Notes: generated from the letters alone by a model not told the origin. Positions 1 through 14,013 are shown, counted from the first letter of the whole stretch. The stretch: 63,657 nucleotides of DNA, filler included, from Octopus bimaculoides (GCF_001194135.2; 6 parts of 5 records of this genome joined end to end with filler, not necessarily neighbours in it); one strand, 5' to 3'. Translations and numbers: made by a program.

Positions 1-228
1 TGTGTGTGTGTGTGTGTGTATTTGTGTCTTTGTGTTTGTCCCCCCACCGTTCTTGACAACCAATATTGGTGTGAATTATGTCCCCATGACTTAGTATTTT
101 GGCAAAAGAACTGATAGAATAAGTACTAGGCTTACAAAGAATAAGTCTTGGGATCGATTTGTTTTACCAAAGGCAGTGCTCCAGCATGGCCACACTCAAA
201 TAACTGAAACAAGTAAAGCAATAAAGAA
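1..228 (+). mobile_element. SINE family A, 3' half
   Basis: (TG)n followed by cccccaccgttcttgacaac..gcagtgctccagcatggccacactcaaataactgaaacaagtaaa. Confidence 0.85.
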
Positions 229-1158
229 TATATATATATATATATATATATAGATAGATATTTCTCAATATAGTTTTCGGTATATATTTACATAATATTG
301 ATGGATGCCTTAATAATATAACAGTGTGAAGATATTGTAACATTCTGTAATATACACACAAAATATATTAGAAGGTATGATCCTAGTAGTGATATAATGT
401 CAAAATATCCTAGTCATAGTTACAGTGTTTTGATTGCTAATTCCAGCTCATCAGCTTTAGAAAAGAGCTGTCAGCATGTAGCAGTCTTTTAAAAACAGAT
501 TTAGGATAAACTATGTTATCAACTGTGAGGTTGTAAGATAGTAAGATTGCTATTTTATTAATCATTGTTGCTGAGTATTCCTGAGACAATAGGTAGTATG
601 GAATCCAGTATACAAATGCAAGTTTTGTATAATGTCAATATGGCTGAGAAAAAAATGCCCCAGGGGTGTATTTTTCATACTGAATATAAATTTTGTTAGA
701 CTTATCACATATTTAGTATAATGAGATGATAAATTATGATTCACTGGAATTATTTATACTAGCAGTAGACAGAAATCCCTCTTTGAGTGCTTAAAATATG
801 AAAACAACAAAATGACAGGCATAATTCCAATATAATCAGCACAAATTCTGGAAAATAATGAAAAAGCAGTATATTAGTATGTTTGTTCTTTAAAGCCAAT
901 TTGTGAAAGTAAAAGTCATGTTTCAGAGCTAATAAACCTCTTCAGTGAAGCTTATTTAACTCAGCACTTAAGATGTAAAAGTCATCATTCTATCTATATA
1001 TCTGTCTGTCTGTCTGTCTATTGATCTTTCTTTCTATCGGCACACACACATATATACATGTTTACATAAATGCATACATGCACACACACACACGCACACA
1101 CACATGTACATATGTATATATATATATATGTATGTATATACATGTATATATATGCATG

Positions 1159-1191
<33 letters not shown>

Positions 1192-1949
1192 ATAAACATA
1201 TATATGTACATTTAGACACACATATATGCATGACTTCTCTCCAGCATGCCCATAGCCTTTGGCAAAAGCTCAGAAAATATAAATTATATATATATATATG
1301 TGTGTGTGTGTATGCACACACAAGCACACATAGACACACACATACACACACATTCACAGACATATGCACTAAAACGCACACACACAGACACACACACACA
1401 TGCACACACACACCCGCATACACACACACACACTCACATGCACCCCCCCCCCCATATAAATAGAGAGAAATCTTAACAATATGGCTGCAGGAGTGTTCTG
1501 CTAACTAAATCCATATAAGGCAAGGCCTTACATATGTAATACGATAAGTTGAAAAACTTCAATTAACTGGGAATATCATGCAATTAGTCCATGCAATTAG
1601 TAGACAAAATCTCCCTCTAGGGCGTTTTAAAATCTAAAAGAAGCAAACATGCAAGGGAGGTAATTCTGAGAAAGTCAATTAACTGCACTATTGTTTTCGT
1701 TTTCATTTCATTGTTTATAATCTTTGTTATTGTTATTGTTGATGTTTTTTTTATTGTTGTTGGTGTTTTTGTTGTTGTTGGTCTTGTTGTTTTTGTTGTT
1801 GCTGTAGCATGTTTCCTAATTGTTTATTTGCCTCCCTGCTTTCAAGAACAATCCGTATTAGACCAGGCTTTAATCAGTCAGAAATATTCCATGTCTTTAG
1901 GACATGTTTACCAAATTAGGTGACAGCCAATGATTATTCTATTCCTTTC

Positions 1950-2130
1950 CTCCTCCTCCTCTTCTTCCTCTTTCTTTCACACTCTTTCGTTCTTTCTTTC
2001 TTTCTTTCTCTCTCCCTCTCTCTCTCTCCTTTTCTCCTCCCACCCTCATTATGATCCCTTTTGTTCCAATTCTTGTTCACACTTGTTATTCTGCTCCTCT
2101 TGTTGTTATGCTTCTTTCCTACTACTACCA

Positions 2131-2163
<33 letters not shown>

Positions 2164-2187
2164 TTGCTTCTACTGCTGCTGCTGCTG

Positions 2188-2223
<36 letters not shown>

Positions 2224-2307
2224 TTACTAGTACTACTACTACTACTGCTGCTGCTACCACTACTACTGCTGCTGCTGCTGCTGCCACTGCTGCCACTGCT
2301 GCTGCTG

Positions 2308-2363
<56 letters not shown>

Positions 2364-2404
2364 GCTGCCACTGCTGCCACTGCTGCCACTGCTGCTGCTT
2401 CCAT

Positions 2405-2460
<56 letters not shown>

Positions 2461-3360
2461 AGGGTTTCAAATTTTGGTGCAAGGTCAGCAATTTCATGAG
2501 AGGGGTCAAGTCAATTATATTGACCCTCGATGCTCAACCGGTACTTACTTTATTGACCCTAAATGAATGAAAGGCAAAGTCAACCTTGGAGGAATTTGAA
2601 CTCAAAACGTAAAGACAGACGAAATGCCACTAAGCATTTTGTTTGACACGCCAGCAATTCTTCCTCACCATCAGCATCTTTCTTCTCTAACTGTTCTACT
2701 TTCTATTCTTCTATTTCCTCCTCCTCCTCCTCCTCCTCCTCATCATCATCATCATCATCATCAGCATCATCATCATCGTCATCATCGTCATAATCGTCAT
2801 CATCATCATCATCATCATCATCATTGTCGTTGCCGTCGTCATCATTATCAACATGACCATCACCGCCATCATCATCATCATCATCATCATCATCACCCTT
2901 ACCAGAGCATTAGACACAATATCTTGCCATATTTAGATGTGAAGGGCATCCAGCCATGAAATCGAAGCCCAACCAGACTGGAACTCGGTGCAGCCATCCT
3001 ACTTGCCAGCTCTGGTCCCACCGTCCAGCCCAAGCCAGCATGGAAAACATGCATTAAATAATGATGATGATGGTGGTGATGACGACGACCTTATTTTGAG
3101 ATCAAATTTCCTCATGACCTAGATCAGACTCAATAAATTAAAATACCAGTTATACATTGGGACTTATTTAATTGAATAAAACCTCAACTTCAGATTTCCA
3201 GCCTTCAGCCTATGGCTGAAAATTATTTCAATTATTATTTAATGAACATTCTAATGGAGGCTCTTGTAATAATAATAATAACGATGACAACAATGACAAG
3301 ATTGATGCTGATGATGAAAATAATTGTGCTGGTAATGATGATGATGATGGCAATGAAGAC

Positions 3361-3404
<44 letters not shown>

Positions 3405-3960
3405 CGATGACGACGACGATGATTATAGTGATGATGGTGGCAGTGGTGGTGGTAATGGTGTTGGTGTTTTTAGGGGTGGTGCTGTTTGTGATGGTGGTGG
3501 TGGTGGTGGTGGTGGTGGTGATGGTGGTGGTGGTGGTGNNNNNNNNNNNNNNNNNNNNNNNNNNNNNNNNNNNNNNNNNNNNNNNNNNNNNNNNNNNNNN
3601 NNNNNNNNNNNNNNNNNNNNNNNNNNNNNNNNNNNNNNNNNNNNNNNNNNNNNNNNNNNNNNNNNNNNNNNNNNNNNNNNNNNNNNNNNNNNNNNNNNNN
3701 NNNNNNNNNNNNNNNNNNNNNNNNNNNNNNNNNNNNNNNNNNNNNNNNNNNNNNNNNGGTGATGGTAGTGGTAGTGGTAGTGGTGGTGGTGGTGGTGGTG
3801 GTGCTGGTGGTGGTGGTGGTGGTGGTGGTGATGGGGTTTGTAATTGTGGTGATGGTATTGGTGTTTGTGGTAGTGGTGGTGGCGGTAGTGGCAGTGGCGA
3901 CAGCGCTGATGGTCGTAGTAGCTGTTGGGGTGTCATTAGTGGTGGGTGATGATGACGATG
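1950..3960. repeat. Compound trinucleotide microsatellite field (CTA/CTG, CAT, GAT, GGT)
   Basis: Directly visible; source of the spurious poly-L/T/H/M/V ORFs. Confidence 0.95.
2462..2690 (-). mobile_element. SINE family B (CpG-decayed)
   Basis: gaaaggcaaagtcaaccttggaggaatttgaactc..ctaagcatttt. Confidence 0.8.
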
Positions 3961-4320
3961 GCGACAATGAAGATTATGATAACTGTGATGACGATGATCA
4001 TCAACATCATGATAGTAATAGAAAAAAACTCTTGGGCATTTTGCGTTCCATATTTATTGCTGTTGCTTCCTTGCTAATCCAGCTAACTTTTATAAATTTC
4101 AAATGTAAACGGAGATTATAAAGAAGACAAAGGGAGATAATCCTGCTATCTCTCTTGAGGAATAACTGTCATTTAGTGTGGCATATCTACGATCAGAAGA
4201 CCACTTATGGTATTTCTATGATGACAACTGTCTACATCAAAAACATGTTTCTATGTTTCTCTTCAGTTAGTGTGTTGGTGGAACAAAGATTATTGCATGT
4301 GTGTGGGTGCATGTGTGTGG

Positions 4321-4388
<68 letters not shown>

Positions 4389-4614
4389 NNNNNNNNNNNN
4401 NNNNNNNNNNNNNNNNNNNNNNNNNNNNNNNNNNNNNNNNNNNNNNNNNNNNNNNNNNNNNNNNNNNNNNNNNNNNNNNNNNNNNNNNNNNNNNNNNNNN
4501 NNNNNNNNNNNNNNNNNNNNNNNNNNNNNNNNNNNNNNNNNNNNNNNNNNNNNNNNNNNNNNNNNNNNNNNNNNNNNNNNNNNNNNNNNNNNNNNNNNNN
4601 NNNNNNNNNNNNNN

Positions 4615-4673
<59 letters not shown>

Positions 4674-4852
4674 GTATGTACATATGTATATATGTGTGTA
4701 TATATATCTATATGTACATATATATATATATATACATGCACTAGCATACATAACACATGTCCACACACAAGCATACATAATACACATGCTCACACATACA
4801 TAAATGTATGTATATACACATACATATATATGTGGGTGTGTATATATATATA

Positions 4853-5590
4853 TGAGGGGGTACCCAAAAGAAACTGGAATTTTGCAATATTATTCACTTA
4901 GTTTTATATGTTTACACTTTTATCGCCTTCAAAGTATTCTCCATTTGAAGCAATGCACCAGTCCAGACATGTTTTCCTCTGTTCAAAGCCGTCTTGGAAC
5001 TCTTGCAAAGTGATGCCTCCATCATTTTTTCTTCACCTCTTCCACATCTGCAACTTCCATGACACCAGCTTTTGTCCCCAGTGAGGACCTTTGGAAAAAG
5101 GTCCAGTTCAGCTTCCAACTATTCTTTCAGTTCCCATTACGTATTCAGTCATGACTGCTTTTGATGTTCCGTGTGCAAGCGAGGAACAAATTTTGCTGCG
5201 ACTTTTTTCATTTGCAATTCCTTGCTAAAAATTCGTTGGCAGGAGTTCCAAGACACACCAGTCATATCAAGAAGCTTGTCGATTGTTTGGTGATGGTCCT
5301 CCAAAATCAGCTCATGAATTTTCATGATATTTTCAACCATCCAGGAGGTTGATGGTTGCCCTGAACGAGGTTGGTCCTCAAGTGATAAGTGACCATTCCT
5401 AAAGCATGAAAAACCACTTGTAAACTTGTGTTTTGCTCATAGTAGTGGCCTTGTAAATGGATTGAAGTATGACAACTGCTTTAGTCACCCTTTTTCCCCA
5501 ACAGGAAGCAAAATTTCATGGAAGTATTCTGTCCTGTCATTTCAGCCATTGCAAAAATCGACGAATAAGGGAGACGTACTGCAAAACAAA
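4853..5590 (-). mobile_element. Internally deleted mariner-family transposon
   Basis: KFCFLLGK N-terminus; KIHELILEDHHQTIDKLLDMTGVSWNSCQRI..KKVAAKFVPRL; VLTGDKSWCHG fused to the C-terminus (..CIASNGEYFEGD*). TA plus TIR-like end at 4851-4880. Confidence 0.85.
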
Positions 5591-5599
5591 GACACACCA

Positions 5600-5900
5600 T
5601 GTGGCAGAATGACCTGAGACGTTGCCACTGGTTGGCAGGCTGATGCCTGAGAGTGGTATCAATGTTAGGGGTTATGTGATCGTGAAGATTTTCAGCCATC
5701 CATTCCTGTGTTACTATAACTATGTGTGATAGTGCAGACTCTTACTGAAATACATATGGCCCTCCATTGCATAGACTGTCTATCTAGGGCTTAACAATTG
5801 TTTCCAGGACCTCAATGTAGGTGACAGAGTTAACTCTAAGGCCTTCTGGAAAGAAGTAAGGAGGCATCACATGTCTTTCATTACTGACAACTCCTAAAAC
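5600..5900 (-). mobile_element. Tc1/mariner transposase remnant
   Basis: MPPYFFPEGLRVNSVTYIEVLET and WMAENLHDHITPN; same family as 10328-11260. Confidence 0.7.
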
Positions 5901-5976
5901 TATGACAGTTGCCGGAAATTTTGAATGCATAACACTTGGAACTTCAGAAGGTTCTGTGCATAATCATCTGTCATTT

Positions 5977-6171
5977 CTTCTCTTTTACTCTTTTACTTGT
6001 TTCAGTCATTTGACTGTGGCCATGCTGGAGCACTGCCTTTAGCCAAGCAAATTGACCCCAGGACTTATTCTTTGTAAGCCTATTACTTATTCTAGCAGTC
6101 TCTTTTGCTGAATCGCTAAGTTACGGGGACGTAAACACACCAGCATCGGTTGTCAAGCGATGTTGTTGGGA

Positions 6172-6213
<42 letters not shown>

Positions 6214-6327
6214 TNNNNNNNNNNNNNNNNNNNNNNNNNNNNNNNNNNNNNNNNNNNNNNNNNNNNNNNNNNNNNNNNNNNNNNNNNNNNNNNNNNNNNN
6301 NNNNNNNNNNNNNNNNNNNNNNNNNNN

Positions 6328-6394
<67 letters not shown>

Positions 6395-6558
6395 CGCCAG
6401 GCTTCTTTCAGTTTCCACCTACCAAATCCACTCACTATAGCCTTTGGTTGGCCGAGGCTATAGCAGAAGATACTTGCTCAAGGTGCCATGCAGTAGGACT
6501 GAACCCAGAACCATGTGGTTCGTATGCAAATTACTTACTACACAGCCACTCGTATGCC
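5977..6558 (-). mobile_element. tRNA-derived SINE, family A (gap in the internal CA repeat)
   Basis: Both halves are homologous to the other family A copies. Confidence 0.9.
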
Positions 6559-6799
6559 TTCTATTAACTTTTTGATATTGGTCAAAGATTTACTCGTTTG
6601 AGATAAACCAAATCAAATTTTCTTATGCTGGATTTTTCAGTTTGTTTAAGAGCTTTTTAGATCTGATGTAGTGATTTTCTTCTGCTTTTTCTGACAAACT
6701 GACCTTTTATATATCTGATCATTTATATCTAATATCTTCATGGACAACATTTCTGACTGGTCCTTCTGACACATGGAGATCTTTTGCAATTGATCTCAT

Positions 6800-7097
6800 G
6801 TGATTTGGGGCAACCTTGATTTTAGACTTATGGGAAACTAATTGCTTTCACTTCATCCTCCATGCACCCTTTTCAGGTCTTCTTAGCTTGTCCAACTTCC
6901 CTCTTTCCTTCATGTTGGCAGTCTAACACTTGTCTTGCAATGCTTTTTGGAGGTCTCCTTAGGGTGTGACCGATTCAGCACCATTTCCTTTTCAGGATTT
7001 CTTTATTGATGGAAGCTTGGTTCATTCTATCCCACAGATTGATGTTTGAAATTCTGTTCAGCCACCAGATCTTTAAGATGGAGCACAGACATTTGAT
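6800..7097 (-). mobile_element. RTE-clade LINE 3' coding fragment
   Basis: KCLCSILKIWWLNRISNINLWDRMNQASINKEILKRKWC*IGHTLRRPPKSIARQVLD matches the RTE C-terminal pattern. Confidence 0.85.
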
Positions 7098-7495
7098 ACT
7101 CTTTAACTCTTTTACTTGTTTCAGTCATTTGACTGTGGCCATGCTGGAGCACCGCCTTTAGTTGAGCAAATCGACCCCAGGACATATTCTTTGTAAGCCT
7201 AGTACTTATTCTATCGGTTCTTTTGCCGAACTGCTAGGTTACAGGGACGTAAACACACCAGCATCGGTTGTCAAGTGATGTTGGGGGGGACAAACACAGA
7301 CACACAAACATACATATATATATACATATATACGACGGGCTTCTTTCAGTTTCCGTCTACCAAATCCACTCACAAGGCTTTGGTCGGCCCAAGGCTATAG
7401 TAGAAGACACTTGCCAAAGGTGCCACGCAGTGGGAGTGAAACTGGAACCATGTGGTTGGTAAGCAAGCTACTTACCACACAGCCACTCCTGCGCC
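7098..7495 (-). mobile_element. tRNA-derived SINE, family A
   Basis: Full-length reverse copy, with CpGs largely retained. Confidence 0.92.
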
Positions 7496-8152
7496 TTATT
7501 TTTATGGATTTGGTGACCCTCCTAGTTTCTGGCTTGTAACGAAGAACAGCTTTGAAGTTGGAATCGAAGATACAGATAATGTAGTTGTGGATATTCGAAA
7601 AATTGACAGGGTAGCCATGGCAGGACCCAGTTTGATCATAGATCTATATAGGATAGGGATTTTACTGAGGCTAGACACAAACAACAAATGCTTTCTGTAC
7701 TGTGGCCATCAACACCACCACCACCAACAACAACATCACAACCACCATTATCACCACCACCACGACCACCATGGCCACCACCACCATGACCACTATGGCC
7801 ACCACCACCACCATTCTCAATCAATTCACACAAATACATGCCTGAATAATGTTCAATCAGATTAATTTTGATGGCTAAGCTTAGAGATTATCCTTACAAC
7901 GTATATAGACTGACAGATTATTGTAGATATGCCGTGTTTGTGTGCTTATCACCAAAACATTGTCGCATTAAAAAGTAATGTTTGTGCGTGTGAAATTGAG
8001 CAGAAAGGATTATGTGTGTCTATGTAAGTATATGTACGTGTATGCGTGTGTGTGTGTATGTGTGTATGTATGTACATGTGCGTGTGTGTGTTTGTTCATC
8101 TGTGTAATGCACACATACATACACATGTACATACACACACATATATAAATAA

Positions 8153-8211
<59 letters not shown>

Positions 8212-8248
8212 AGGAGAGAGAGATACATATATATATATATATATAAGT

Positions 8249-8281
<33 letters not shown>

Positions 8282-8525
8282 TATATACACTCACACACAA
8301 ATATATATTAATATGCATATATTTACATGATGATACACACCACATTCACACACATACACAAAAGTATATATGTATATATAGAAGCACATACAAATATACA
8401 TAGTTACGTGAGGGTATTTTGTTGGTATTACGTAAGTGAAGATATAGCTTTGTTGAAGCAGGAAGTAATAATTGTGGTGGTGATGGAAGAGGTAGCTTAT
8501 GTGTGGGTGGGTGTGAGAGTCTGTA

Positions 8526-8564
<39 letters not shown>

Positions 8565-8571
<7 letters not shown>

Positions 8572-8766
8572 GTAGTATATTGCCACTTAAGTGTGGCTGA
8601 CCCCTAGGGGTGGATGTTACTGTTGCTTTTAGCCCCAGGAGGACATCTCCTCCAGCTGGCTTATCGATAAGCCAGCTGGAGGAGATGTCCTCCTGGGGCT
8701 AAAAGCAACAGTAACATCCACCCCTAGGGGTCAGCCACACTTAAGTGGCAATATACTACACTTTAT
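8565..8766. repeat. Perfect 202-bp palindrome with no spacer
   Basis: 101-bp arms checked base by base as exact reverse complements; centre CTTATC|GATAAG at 8665/8666. Confidence 0.97.
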
Positions 8767-8804
8767 CGTGCAGTTACTGTTAATACTTCATTTAGAGAAT
8801 TAAC

Positions 8805-8841
<37 letters not shown>

Positions 8842-9102
8842 TACACACATACACACATATATATACATATACATGTAAGCATATATATATATATATATTT
8901 TATTTCTTTCATTCGTTTCAGCCAAATGACAGCGGTCATGCTGTAGCGACTCAAGTGGTGATAATTCCATGTGTTGGTACTTATTAACACTTGAAACTCT
9001 CAGCACTTTAGTCACTATGGAATTTCTGCTGATTATTAACAAAATAATTCCACATATATATATATATTAATGTCTTGAGTTCATATATTTATTTATATAT
9101 AT

Positions 9103-9485
9103 GTTGTTGGCACTCCATCGCTTACGACGTCGATGATTCCAGTTGATCCGATCAACGGAACAGCCCGCTCATGAAATTAGTGTGCAAGTGGCTGAGCACT
9201 CCACAGACACGTGAACCCTTAACGTAGTTCTCAGGGATATTCAGCATGACACAGTGTGACAAGGCTGACCCTTTGAAATACAGGCACAACAGAAACAGGA
9301 AGTAAGAGTGAGAGAAAGTTGTGGTGGAAGAGTACATCAGGGTTCGCCACCATCCCCTGGCGGAGCCTCGTGGAGCTTTAGGTGTTTTCGCTCAATAAAC
9401 ACTCACAACGCCCGGTCTGGGAATCGAAACCGCGATCCTATGACTGCAAATCCACTGCCCTAACCAGTGGGCCATTGCACCTCCA
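9103..9485 (-). mobile_element. tRNA-derived SINE, family C
   Basis: Head (t)ggaggtgcaatggcccactggttaggg..ggtttcgattccc; nearly collinear with 59348-59691. Confidence 0.9.
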
Positions 9486-10091
9486 NNNNNNNNNNNNNNN
9501 NNNNNNNNNNNNNNNNNNNNNNNNNNNNNNNNNNNNNNNNNNNNNNNNNNNNNNNNNNNNNNNNNNNNNNNNNNNNNNNNNNNNNNNNNNNNNNNNNNNN
9601 NNNNNNNNNNNNNNNNNNNNNNNNNNNNNNNNNNNNNNNNNNNNNNNNNNNNNNNNNNNNNNNNNNNNNNNNNNNNNNNNNNNNNNNNNNNNNNNNNNNN
9701 NNNNNNNNNNNNNNNNNNNNNNNNNNNNNNNNNNNNNNNNNNNNNNNNNNNNNNNNNNNNNNNNNNNNNNNNNNNNNNNNNNNNNNNNNNNNNNNNNNNN
9801 NNNNNNNNNNNNNNNNNNNNNNNNNNNNNNNNNNNNNNNNNNNNNNNNNNNNNNNNNNNNNNNNNNNNNNNNNNNNNNNNNNNNNNNNNNNNNNNNNNNN
9901 NNNNNNNNNNNNNNNNNNNNNNNNNNNNNNNNNNNNNNNNNNNNNNNNNNNNNNNNNNNNNNNNNNNNNNNNNNNNNNNNNNNNNNNNNNNNNNNNNNNN
10001 NNNNNNNNNNNNNNNNNNNNNNNNNNNTAAAAAATTAACTTATTTATCTAAGATGTTGTTATTATTATAACTATTATTATTATCATCATCA

Positions 10092-10124
<33 letters not shown>

Positions 10125-10145
10125 TATTATTATTATTATTATTAT

Positions 10146-10209
10146 TTTATGTTTGACTTTTGCTTTGCATTTGTACAAGTTGGATCCAAGTCTCACCCAG
10201 AGACCTCAT
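10146..10209 (-). mobile_element. About 65-bp extreme 3' end of an R4-clade element
   Basis: tgaggtctctgggtgagacttggatccaacttgtacaaatgcaaagcaaaagtcaaaca aligns by eye to 22404-22462, the 3' terminus of the large R4 copy. Flanked by (AAT)n on both sides. Confidence 0.75.
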
Positions 10210-10261
10210 ATTATTATTATTATTATTATTTTTTTTTTTTTCATTATTATTATTATTATTA

Positions 10262-10327
10262 TTCGGGTCACTGCCTGGAATTGAACTCAAATTCTTGGGG
10301 TTAGTAGCCTGCGCTGTAAACCACTAC
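10262..10327 (-). mobile_element. tRNA-like SINE head (same family as 58885)
   Basis: Minus strand reads gtagtggtttacagcgcaggctactaaccccaagaatttgagttcaattccaggcagtgacccgaat, followed by (AAT)n; A-box-like and B-box-like motifs are present. Confidence 0.65.
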
Positions 10328-11260
10328 CTCACGAGTTAGGTGGCCAGATGTTAGAGGTGATGTGGTTGCAGAAAATGTCTGACAACCATGACTGGGTTCT
10401 CCTGCATGTGTGGCATGGTGTGGAGTCCTGTTGCAAAACATAGGGTCTTCCAGTAGCCACCGGCTTGACCCAAGCACTACCTCCTCCAGGCACTTGATGT
10501 AGGCCTCTGTGTTGAGACTGAGGCCGTGTGGGAAGATGAATTGAGGCATAACGTCACCATCACTAGTGATCACTCCAAACACCATGATGTTGACTGGATG
10601 TTTGATTTTTATCACCCTCAATACATGTTTTGGGGGCATGGCAAGCCAACGGTTGTTCTGTGTGTTCACCATTTGATTCTGGCAAAGCCTGTTCAGTTGT
10701 AAGGGAAGCTTTAGTTTGTTCAAAAGCTTTGTAGCATGGCCTTTCCTCTTGTTATTGATGGCTTGGGATAAAAACTGGCCCTTTCTCATCTTGTATGAGG
10801 AAAACCAAATGTCTTCATGCATTACCTGGCTGATAAGAAATTCAGACACTACCATGTTCCTGGTGATGGACCTGATCGATTTGTAGGGATCGTCAATTAT
10901 TACCTGGATCTCACTAAGAAATTAAGGAGTTCATTTCTTATCAGAATGATCAGAGTGAGTTTTCTGAGCTGCTGTAACTTTGTAATCACCATTAGACTCA
11001 TCCATCTCTTTCTGAATCCTTTGCAGTGTCCTCAGATTGACACCAAAACATTCTGAAATGTTTGTATTGGAGCTTCTGGTGTGAATGCTAAGCAGTACAT
11101 ACAACATGTCGTTTCCAAATTTTTGGCTGAGTGAATTGCTTCATGGTGCTGTTTTCCTCACAGACAGTGCCCAACAGTCCTTAGTATTCTGTGTAGTTGA
11201 CAACACGAAAAACAAACAATGCATATGTGCAAATTTAAAAATATGATATGGCAACAATGT
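10328..11260 (-). mobile_element. Tc1/mariner transposase relic (possibly DD37D/maT-like)
   Basis: KIKHPVNIMVFGVITSDGDVMPQFIFPHGLSLNTEAYIKCLEEVVL, with QQDS and WPPNS motifs in a shifted frame. It is truncated before the third catalytic residue, so the subfamily is not determinable. Confidence 0.8.
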
Positions 11261-11293
11261 ATGCATATATGTATGTACATGAATATATATATG

Positions 11294-11367
<74 letters not shown>

Positions 11368-11934
11368 NNNNNNNNNNNNNNNNNNNNNNNNNNNNNNNNN
11401 NNNNNNNNNNNNNNNNNNNNNNNNNNNNNNNNNNNNNNNNNNNNNNNNNNNNNNNNNNNNNNNNNNNNNNNNNNNNNNNNNNNNNNNNNNNNNNNNNNNN
11501 NNNNNNNNNNNNNNNNNNNNNNNNNNNNNNNNNNNNNNNNNNNNNNNNNNNNNNNNNNNNNNNNNNNNNNNNNNNNNNNNNNNNNNNNNNNNNNNNNNNN
11601 NNNNNNNNNNNNNNNNNNNNNNNNNNNNNNNNNNNNNNNNNNNNNNNNNNNNNNNNNNNNNNNNNNNNNNNNNNNNNNNNNNNNNNNNNNNNNNNNNNNN
11701 NNNNNNNNNNNATAAAACAAATAATAAATGAGTATATGCATATATACGTACAAGTATGTGCATACCTACATCTACCTGTATATATAGGTGCATATCTGGT
11801 TACAGGACGTTGCAAACAAAACGTAGACAAAAAAATAATAATAACCAGAGCACAGAAAACACACAGGCCCCATAGAGAACATTTTCCTTCATCATATATA
11901 TATATATATATATATATACATACATATATATGTG

Positions 11935-11969
<35 letters not shown>

Positions 11970-12239
11970 GTGCACACACACATGTGCACACACACACACA
12001 CATACACACACATACACACATATACATCACTTATATGTTCGTGTATATATTGTAATATTTTTGTTTTGATAACCAACCAGAAGCACAACATCATCATCAC
12101 CAACAGCAACAACAACAACAACAAAGAAATATAAGGACTAACATTATTATTATTATCATTATTATTATCATTATTATTATTATTGTTGTTGTTGTTGTTG
12201 TTGTTGTTGTTATTATTATTATTATTATTATTATCATCA

Positions 12240-12289
<50 letters not shown>

Positions 12290-13009
12290 GTTATTATTAT
12301 CATCATCATTATCGAAGGTCATTATTTAATGGCAACGACTCTGTCTGTGACTCACAACCCCAATCACAACAACAGCCACCACCAGAAGCCTAACCACAAA
12401 AAAACCATCAAGCCCCTTGTGTTGTTCAATTAAAACAAACAAAGGTGCAGAGAATGTGTGTGTGTAAAAAGTGGTTATGTAAGTAAGGTAATGATCAGGC
12501 CAATAAATAAATATATGTTAATTACTGTTTGGAAACACGAATGAATGAATGGAATTGAGGTGTGGTGTATAATGCTGTGCTTAAATAGAGTCAGTTGTGT
12601 TGGGCCGAACCCTGTAGTGTTGTCAACGGAACTGAATGAAGTTTACTCGTTAATGCTTAAGTTGGAGAGAACACTAATGGAATTAGTAAGAGGAAATAAT
12701 TTCTGGATATATGTAAATGTGGGTGTGTGTGTGTGTACGCATGTGTGTGTGTGCGTATGTGTGTGTTCTTTTTAATTTTTGTATAGACTTGTACATATAT
12801 TTACATATAAATGTATGTTCATATATGAGTGTTTTTGTATGTTTAGATGACTATAAATAGTTGTGTGTGTGTGTGTATATATACATACACACACACACAC
12901 ACACATATNNNNNNNNNNNNNNNNNNNNNNNNNNNNNNNNNNNNNNNNNNNNTTAATTAATTAANNNNNNNNNNNNNNNNNNNNNNNNNNNNNNNNNNNN
13001 NNNNNNNNT

Positions 13010-13580
13010 TGGGGGAGATAGCAAATGCACAGGCCACGAAACGTGCTCTGGCAAGGGTGGTGTGGACAGTGGTGAGGGGATATCCACATAGGATGAAGTG
13101 GCGAGCCATGAGTTGAGACTGATTCTCAAAGTTATAGTCATCACCATAGAGCCTGCGTAGATGGAGGAATTGGGAATAGGGGGTGGATAGCTTGGTGTGT
13201 TTAGGTTGGGAGGAGGAGAAGTTGAGGTATGAATGTGAGTCTGTGTGTTTGTAGTGGATGGAGGTGGTAAGAGTGGAGTGATGAATGCTGACCGAAATGT
13301 CAAGAAAGGAGACAGAGTTGTCAGAGATAGTGCAGGAGAAGTGGAGAGCAGGATGGAAAGATTTGACATAGGAGAGGAAGGAGTCTATATGTTAGCAGGA
13401 GAGTGAGGTTACACCAATACAGTCGTTAATATAACGGCCATATAGTTCAGGAGTGGGACCAATGAAACTTGAGAATATTTGGGCTTCAACGTAGCCAACG
13501 AACAGGTTTGCATAGTTGGGGCCCATTCTCGTTCCTATGGCCACTCCCGAGAACATGCTGAGAATTAAAATTATGTCTGA
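13010..13580 (-). mobile_element. Penelope-like element RT fragment
   Basis: GVAIGTRMGPNYANLFVGYVE..YGRYINDC; SFLDISVSI..YKHTDSHSYLNFSS..PYSQFLHLRRL..GYP, with frameshifts. Confidence 0.85.
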
Positions 13581-13793
13581 AAATATGTTATACAAAAGTA
13601 TTGTAAATAAAAAATCATCAATTTTGTTGAAGCAGAACGGTGGTTTTTTTCTGGTGTTTTATAATCATAGCTGAGTGAAATTACTAACAAAAGTACATGT
13701 GGCTTATGCTTGTATGTATTAAAATAATCAGATTTGCAATTTTCAATAAAATTTTGTATTGAACCAGTAAATATGAGAAAATTATAACCTCAA

Positions 13794-14013
13794 CCCTTTC
13801 ATTACCAACACCGCTGAAACCGGCTCTGGCTCTGAGTACAAATGTCTTGTTTTCATAAGTTTTGAATTTAAATCTTCCACTAAACCTTAGTCACAATTTA
13901 TGTTCCTAACACTAGCTGAATGATAACTAAGTTATTTTACTAAATTCTTTGTTATGTTTAAAGTAATTGAAAGAAACACAGAACATCCCAAAATAAATCC
14001 AGAAACAAAAGTG
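13794..14013. mobile_element. piggyBac-type MITE, second copy
   Basis: Reverse-complement homology to 27760-27976; flanked by TCAA and TTAA. Confidence 0.8.

Noticed and set aside
420-460. CTGATGA motifs at 445-451 (minus) and about 26032 (plus) as hammerheads
   Set aside because: A short stem follows, but no GAAA core or stem III/NUH is present.
12953-12964. Recurrent TTAATTAATTAA motif as a biological signal
   Set aside because: It is always centred in exactly 100-bp N blocks (five times) and is an assembly spacer.
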